Positions 18,372 through 22,798 of a stretch of DNA of 22,798 nucleotides are shown in pieces. The stretch lies in the UHGV virus genome UHGV-0097493. One strand, given 5' to 3'. How positions within the stretch are numbered: the first letter of the stretch is position 1; each line of letters begins with the position of its first letter. The position numbers and the translations under genes were made by a program. The notes under the pieces were generated by a model. That model made no database searches. It was given only the letters and a program-made list of their open reading frames with translations, and was not told where the DNA came from. This stretch comes from a virus.

Positions 18372-19751
18372 ATGGCTACGTGGCAACAGGGTATTAATTC
18401 TGGTGGTTTTCTGGCTGGAATTGGTGCGCAAAACGAGAATGCGCCAAAGGCAAGCGACATTAATGCAACGCTTGGTCTGATTCGCGAAAACAATGAACTG
18501 GCTCGATCAGGTGCAAATAACGTTGGTCTGACCGCGTTACGTGGTCTGGCTGGAGTTGCTGATATTTATAAGCAGCAGCAACAGCAGGAACGTAAAGCGG
18601 CATTCCAGAAAGGTTATGCGGATGCTTATGCGTCCGGCGACAGGGAGCAGATGCGTAATCTTATTACAGCATTCCCCGAAGAGTTTGAGGAAGTTCGTAA
18701 AGGCATGGGGTATGTCGATGACGCCCAGCGGAATGATTTTGGCAATCTGGCGCTTAAGGCTCAGGTCGCTTCGTCGCTTGGTCCGGGTGCATTTGGCAGG
18801 TTCATGATGGATAACGAAAAGGAGATGCGTCGTTTAGGTATCCCTCCAGAAACTATTGCGGAAATGCAGGTTAATGACCCGCAGGGCTTCCAGCACTTCA
18901 CAGGTAATCTGGCACTATTTTCTCTCGGTCATGAGAAGTACTTCGATATCAAAGATCGAATGGAGGGGCGTCGACTTGAAGGAGAAAGAAATCAGTTAAC
19001 TGCTCGTGGTCAGGATATCACGATGCGCGGTCAGGATTTATCTGCTGCTACTGCACGGAGAGGTCAGGATTTAGCGATGCAGAGAGCATCAATGAAAGGG
19101 GCTGTTGGTAATAATGAGCGCACAGTTCAACTAGCAGACGGAAGAACTGTAACCGTAGGCGGGAAGCTTCATGGTGCAGGTGCTAACGCGTTCTACGAAG
19201 GAATAGACAATGAGGGGAACATGGTTCGCGTTCCTGCTGGCTCTATTGCTGCTCCGGCCACGTCGGCAGCAAGCGCGCAGAATTACGCAATGAAGAAAGA
19301 TCTTGATGCAATTTCTGGCGCATCAATTGACGATCTTGGCTTCATGACTGGCATTACAGGCTCTTCAGGTTCTCCTGCTCTTGGTGCAGATATTCGTAGC
19401 CGTGCCTCTGGTGGTGATCAGAGGAAACTATACAACGCTGCACAGCGAATCCAAGGAAAGATGCAGAATCAGGGCATTGCAGCAGCCAGAGACATGGGGG
19501 CATCTGGTATCAACACCGTTGCAGAAGCAAAGATGTATTTTCAAGGTATGCCACAGGTTGATTTCTCAAGCCCTGAAGCACTACAACAATCAATGCGCGA
19601 CATTCAGCAATATACCGACAATTACAACCAGCAATATAACGTTAATGTCGGTAATGGCGGGAAGAAATCATCAAGGCAACAGCCAGCTACTCAGCAATCA
19701 GCAGGAGGTAGCTACACGTCAAAATCAGGCATTCAATTTACGGTGGAATGA
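18372..19751 (+). CDS. Ejection protein (P22 gp20-like), 459 aa
   Basis: The position and the size (P22 gp20 ~471 aa) fit. Contains short RGQD tandem repeats. Confidence 0.65.
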   Translation: MATWQQGINSGGFLAGIGAQNENAPKASDINATLGLIRENNELARSGANNVGLTALRGLAGVADIYKQQQQQERKAAFQKGYADAYASGDREQMRNLITAFPEEFEEVRKGMGYVDDAQRNDFGNLALKAQVASSLGPGAFGRFMMDNEKEMRRLGIPPETIAEMQVNDPQGFQHFTGNLALFSLGHEKYFDIKDRMEGRRLEGERNQLTARGQDITMRGQDLSAATARRGQDLAMQRASMKGAVGNNERTVQLADGRTVTVGGKLHGAGANAFYEGIDNEGNMVRVPAGSIAAPATSAASAQNYAMKKDLDAISGASIDDLGFMTGITGSSGSPALGADIRSRASGGDQRKLYNAAQRIQGKMQNQGIAAARDMGASGINTVAEAKMYFQGMPQVDFSSPEALQQSMRDIQQYTDNYNQQYNVNVGNGGKKSSRQQPATQQSAGGSYTSKSGIQFTVE

Positions 19752-21577
19752 TGAAAGTAACTGCAAACGGTAAGACATTTACCTTTCCTGATGGTACGAG
19801 CACCGAAGATATTGGCACCGCCATTGATGAGTATTTTGCTGGTCAGGCTGTTCAGCAACAAACAGTTAATCAGGCCAATAATGCACCAACACAGGAAGAA
19901 CCATCATTGATGCAACAAGCTGGCGATTGGCTCACTGGTGGTCAAAGTGCAGGGCAAATTGCAGAACAGGCTGGTCGTGGTCTGGTAAACATACCATTTG
20001 ACGTATTGCAGGGTGGCGCAAGTCTGATTAATGCAATCAGCCAGGGGCTTGGTGGTCACAAGGTTTTGGACGATGTCTATCGTCCAGTAGATCGACCAAC
20101 AGACCCTTATGCGCAAGCTGGAGAAACAATTGGCGGGTATTTAGTTCCAGGAGTTGGAACTGCAGGAAGCATGGCTATTGGATCACTGGCAGAAGCCGCA
20201 AACCAGAAAGGCGATTTCGCGCAAAATGCAGCCATAAACGCCGGAGTTAACCTTGCTGCTCAGGGTGTTCTTTCCGCAGCAGCAAAGGGAATAGGGCGTG
20301 GAATAACGGCTATAAAAGGCGATATCGCGCCAGAAGTAGCGAAAAAAATTGCCACCTCAGAATCGATGGGCGTGACACCAATGACATCTGATGTTATCCC
20401 GCCGAAAAATGCTTTCACTCGCGGCCTAACTCAGGATGCCGAGGGGGCTTTGCTCGGGACAGGCTCAAAGCGAGCTGAGCAGTATGCAAAAAGAAGTCAG
20501 CTAGTTAAAAAACAGCTTGAGAAATATGGTGAATATAGCCCATCAGTTGTTGTTGACGATCTGTATGGTTCTCTGAAGTCAAGGAAGGATTCGGCCGGAA
20601 GCGTTATTGAAGACATTACAGCCAAAATGGGAGACACACCAGTTGACACATCAAAATCTATTAAGGTTATCGACAACGTACTTACCAGAGCTAATAGGCT
20701 TGGGAAAGTGGCAAATAAGGATTTGATTCGCGGGTTATCCGATTTGCGAGAAGAACTTGCTAAACCAGATATAGATTTTGGTCTATTGAGAGAGTTGCGG
20801 TCAGCCTTGAGGGAAAGTATTCAGGGAGATGCCATGGTTTTTCCTAATAGCGCGAAAGCCGCAACTGATACCGTGGAGAGGGCAATGGGGGCAGATTTGA
20901 GGAATAACGCAGCGCGGTATTTGGGGGCTGGAGAGGCCGCCAGATACGTCAAGGCAAACTCTGACTACTCTAACGTCTTCAATAAGGTTCTTAATAAAAG
21001 GATTGCGAATAATCTCAACAAAGCTAAAAAAGAGTTTACTCCAGAGCTAATAAACAGTGTTGTATTCAGCAGAAAACCATCAGATATTAAGAGGATATGG
21101 CCAGCTCTTAGTGAAGATGGAAAGAACGCTATGCGTGCTGCTTATATCAGCAAGATTGCAGAAAAAGCAGGAGACTCGCCAACAAAATTTCTTACCGAGT
21201 TAAATAAGTTGAAGTCGCAATCTGACGGTCAGATCTATAACACGATATTCAGTGGGAGACACATGAAAGAGCTTGATGCTCTTCATGAAGTTCTACAGCA
21301 AACAGCAAGGTCGGACGCCGCAAATGTAGTAACACAGACAGGACAATCGCAAGCCAACAGGATAAGGACGATTGGCGCAACTGCGACTCTTGGCGTATCA
21401 ATGGGGCTTGAGGCTGGTTTCGGTGCAATGATGCGCTTGTATGAGTCAAAAGCAGCAAGGAATGCTCTCTTACGTTTGGCAAACACCAAAGCAGGAACGC
21501 CAGCCTATGAAAGAGCATTAAGTAACGCTGCAAATGCCATCAGACCGCTGCTTGCCACTGAGGCAACACAGCAGTGA
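19748..21577 (+). CDS. Ejection protein (P22 gp16-like), 609 aa
   Basis: The position after the gp20 homologue fits and the length is identical to P22 gp16 (609 aa). The start overlaps the upstream stop (ATGA). Confidence 0.65.
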   Translation: MMKVTANGKTFTFPDGTSTEDIGTAIDEYFAGQAVQQQTVNQANNAPTQEEPSLMQQAGDWLTGGQSAGQIAEQAGRGLVNIPFDVLQGGASLINAISQGLGGHKVLDDVYRPVDRPTDPYAQAGETIGGYLVPGVGTAGSMAIGSLAEAANQKGDFAQNAAINAGVNLAAQGVLSAAAKGIGRGITAIKGDIAPEVAKKIATSESMGVTPMTSDVIPPKNAFTRGLTQDAEGALLGTGSKRAEQYAKRSQLVKKQLEKYGEYSPSVVVDDLYGSLKSRKDSAGSVIEDITAKMGDTPVDTSKSIKVIDNVLTRANRLGKVANKDLIRGLSDLREELAKPDIDFGLLRELRSALRESIQGDAMVFPNSAKAATDTVERAMGADLRNNAARYLGAGEAARYVKANSDYSNVFNKVLNKRIANNLNKAKKEFTPELINSVVFSRKPSDIKRIWPALSEDGKNAMRAAYISKIAEKAGDSPTKFLTELNKLKSQSDGQIYNTIFSGRHMKELDALHEVLQQTARSDAANVVTQTGQSQANRIRTIGATATLGVSMGLEAGFGAMMRLYESKAARNALLRLANTKAGTPAYERALSNAANAIRPLLATEATQQ

Positions 21578-21594
21578 CTAAATGCCATGGATGG

Positions 21595-21783
21595 TTATTT
21601 CCTTAGCACATGAAACAATGTTTGCTTTAATTCCACCCATACAATTATGACCACTATAGACAGACAAAAGAAACTGAATGCATTGGCATCACGATCGAAA
21701 CCTTCTCCGGCACTAAATCCGTAAAAGGTCATAAAAAATATAAAAATTGCGCACTTTGCAACGTTTACAAATTTTTTCTTCAC
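21595..21783 (-). CDS. Small two-TM membrane protein, 62 aa, distal gene of leftward operon
   Basis: GTG start preceded by a strong SD (AAGGAGG, 5-nt spacing). Two hydrophobic segments (AKCAIFIFFMTFYGF and FSFFCLSIVVIIVWV). Convergent with the gp16-like gene. Confidence 0.55.
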   Translation of the reverse strand: MKKKFVNVAKCAIFIFFMTFYGFSAGEGFDRDANAFSFFCLSIVVIIVWVELKQTLFHVLRK

Positions 21784-21843
21784 ACCAACCTCCTTAGTTT
21801 TGAGCAGGATACCAGATGATAATGTGTCGCTTCCTAAAGGATA

Positions 21844-22485
21844 TCAAAGCAACGGGATTTCAAGGTAAACTGCGGTTGCCAAAATACTAACATCTTCATT
21901 TCTAACAAGAATATTAGGATACATTGGGTTTAGGGATACTAGGTTTGTCTCTATTTCACCAATGTAAACCTGTTTGAAGCTCAATATTTGCTCTTTATCC
22001 AATGATGCTATTACATAATCTTTGCTTTTAGCTTTTACTAGAGGGCTGAACGTGACAACCGATCCTCTGGGAAAGCTAATACCTGAACTTGTAGTCATAG
22101 CTTCACCTTCAATAGTCAATGCAAATGCAGAGTCACCAACATTGTATATTGCCGGATGAAATCTAGACGATGAATGTTCACCTGTGTTTAGGTAATGCAT
22201 AACTTCATCTAGTTTGAGGATTGGTATTTGCTTTACCAGAACGTCAGGCATGACGTTTTTTGTTCCCGGACCCTGACCTTCACCTAGAGCTAACCACTCA
22301 GCTGTAGTACCTAATGCGTTGGCTAATGCCTGCAATACCCGAAGCCGTGGTTTAGCCTCACCACCCTCGTATGCAGCTATTTGACGTTGAACAACACCAG
22401 CTAATTTTGACAACTGCGCCTGCGTCATACCCCTGGACTGTCTTGCCAGAGATACTCTTGATGGGAATTGATCGTCAAAATTCAT
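21844..22485 (-). CDS. CI/LexA-like repressor: N-terminal HTH_XRE plus C-terminal S24-peptidase-fold domain with Ala in place of the nucleophilic Ser, 213 aa
   Basis: The HTH is LARQSRGMTQAQLSKLAGVVQRQIAAYEGGEAKP. The C-terminal domain aligns by eye to lambda CI (recalled [28 protein letters not shown]...FTFKKL...LNPQYPMIP) as VGDSAFALTIEGEAMTTSSGISFPRG...LSFKQ...LNPMYPNIL. Confidence 0.8.
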   Translation of the reverse strand: MNFDDQFPSRVSLARQSRGMTQAQLSKLAGVVQRQIAAYEGGEAKPRLRVLQALANALGTTAEWLALGEGQGPGTKNVMPDVLVKQIPILKLDEVMHYLNTGEHSSSRFHPAIYNVGDSAFALTIEGEAMTTSSGISFPRGSVVTFSPLVKAKSKDYVIASLDKEQILSFKQVYIGEIETNLVSLNPMYPNILVRNEDVSILATAVYLEIPLL

Positions 22486-22506
22486 TAGTTCACCATAAAA
22501 AATTCA

Positions 22507-22536
22507 TTGACTCATGCTGAGTGTGAGTGAATAATC
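22507..22536 (+). promoter_or_regulatory. Candidate sigma70 promoter for the rightward Arc-like gene, within the divergent control region
   Basis: TTGACT (22507-22512), 18-bp spacer, TG-n-ATAATC (22528-22536). Inverted and direct GAGTG-type repeats overlap it (ACTCA-TGC-TGAGT; GAGTGTGAGTG), suggesting operators. Confidence 0.4.
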
Positions 22537-22584
22537 AAACTACAAAAAGTGAGATTATGAGTTTTTTAAAAACAGGAGTGCATA

Positions 22585-22773
22585 ATGACTGAAAAGATAT
22601 CTTCCATCAAGCCGCGTCAGGTTCGTTTTACAGAAAAGGTTGATTCACATATCCGCGAATCAGCAAAAAGATGCCATAGGTCAATTCAGGCAGAGATAGC
22701 TTATCGAATGGAGTTATTGATGAAACTTGAGGCAAAGGGCGATGTGAACCGCCCCGGGAATCCTGGAGACTAA
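22585..22773 (+). CDS. Arc/Mnt-like ribbon-helix-helix (CopG-family) regulator, 62 aa
   Basis: RQVRFTEKVDSHIRESAKRCHRSIQAEIAYRMELLMKLE fits the RHH pattern (beta strand then two helices; compare recalled Arc ...FNLRWPREVLDLVRKVAEENGRSVNSEIYQRVMESFKKE). RBS AGGAG lies 7 nt upstream. An RBS-like AGAAAGAGG at 22785-22793 suggests another gene starts just beyond the window. Confidence 0.6.
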   Translation: MTEKISSIKPRQVRFTEKVDSHIRESAKRCHRSIQAEIAYRMELLMKLEAKGDVNRPGNPGD

Positions 22774-22798
22774 ACTTCCTGAGAAAGAGGTAAACAGG

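Noticed and set aside
1-22798. CRISPR array, retron/reverse transcriptase, integrase or attachment-site repeats
   Set aside because: No repeat-spacer periodicity and no RT or integrase-like ORF was seen. The window is internal to the prophage.

Overview
This window is an internal segment of a mosaic temperate phage (prophage) of an Escherichia/Shigella-type enterobacterium; no integrase or attachment site is visible, so the prophage ends lie outside it. All assignments rest on reading the supplied ORF translations against protein families recalled from memory; no database search was run. Left to right: (1) the end of an early/nin-like region: a frame-disrupted Dam-type methyltransferase remnant, a LexA-N-terminal-domain-only protein, RusA, a KilA-N antirepressor-like protein, a DUF968-like protein and antiterminator Q; (2) an intact porin gene nmpC on the opposite strand, flanked by stem-loops; (3) an AT-rich region with a candidate late promoter and tR'-like terminator; (4) a phage-21-type lysis cassette (dual-start pinholin, SAR endolysin, Rz with embedded Rz1); (5) a second KilA-N gene and small unknown ORFs; (6) a P22/Sf6-type packaging, head and ejection module (TerS, TerL, portal, scaffold, coat, gp4, gp10, gp26, gp14, gp7, gp20, gp16 homologues); (7) an immI-like accessory locus at the right edge. 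The most interesting item is that locus: a CI-like repressor whose predicted catalytic serine is alanine, co-transcribed with a small membrane protein and divergent from an Arc-like gene. No RNA genes, CRISPR arrays or mobile elements were found.
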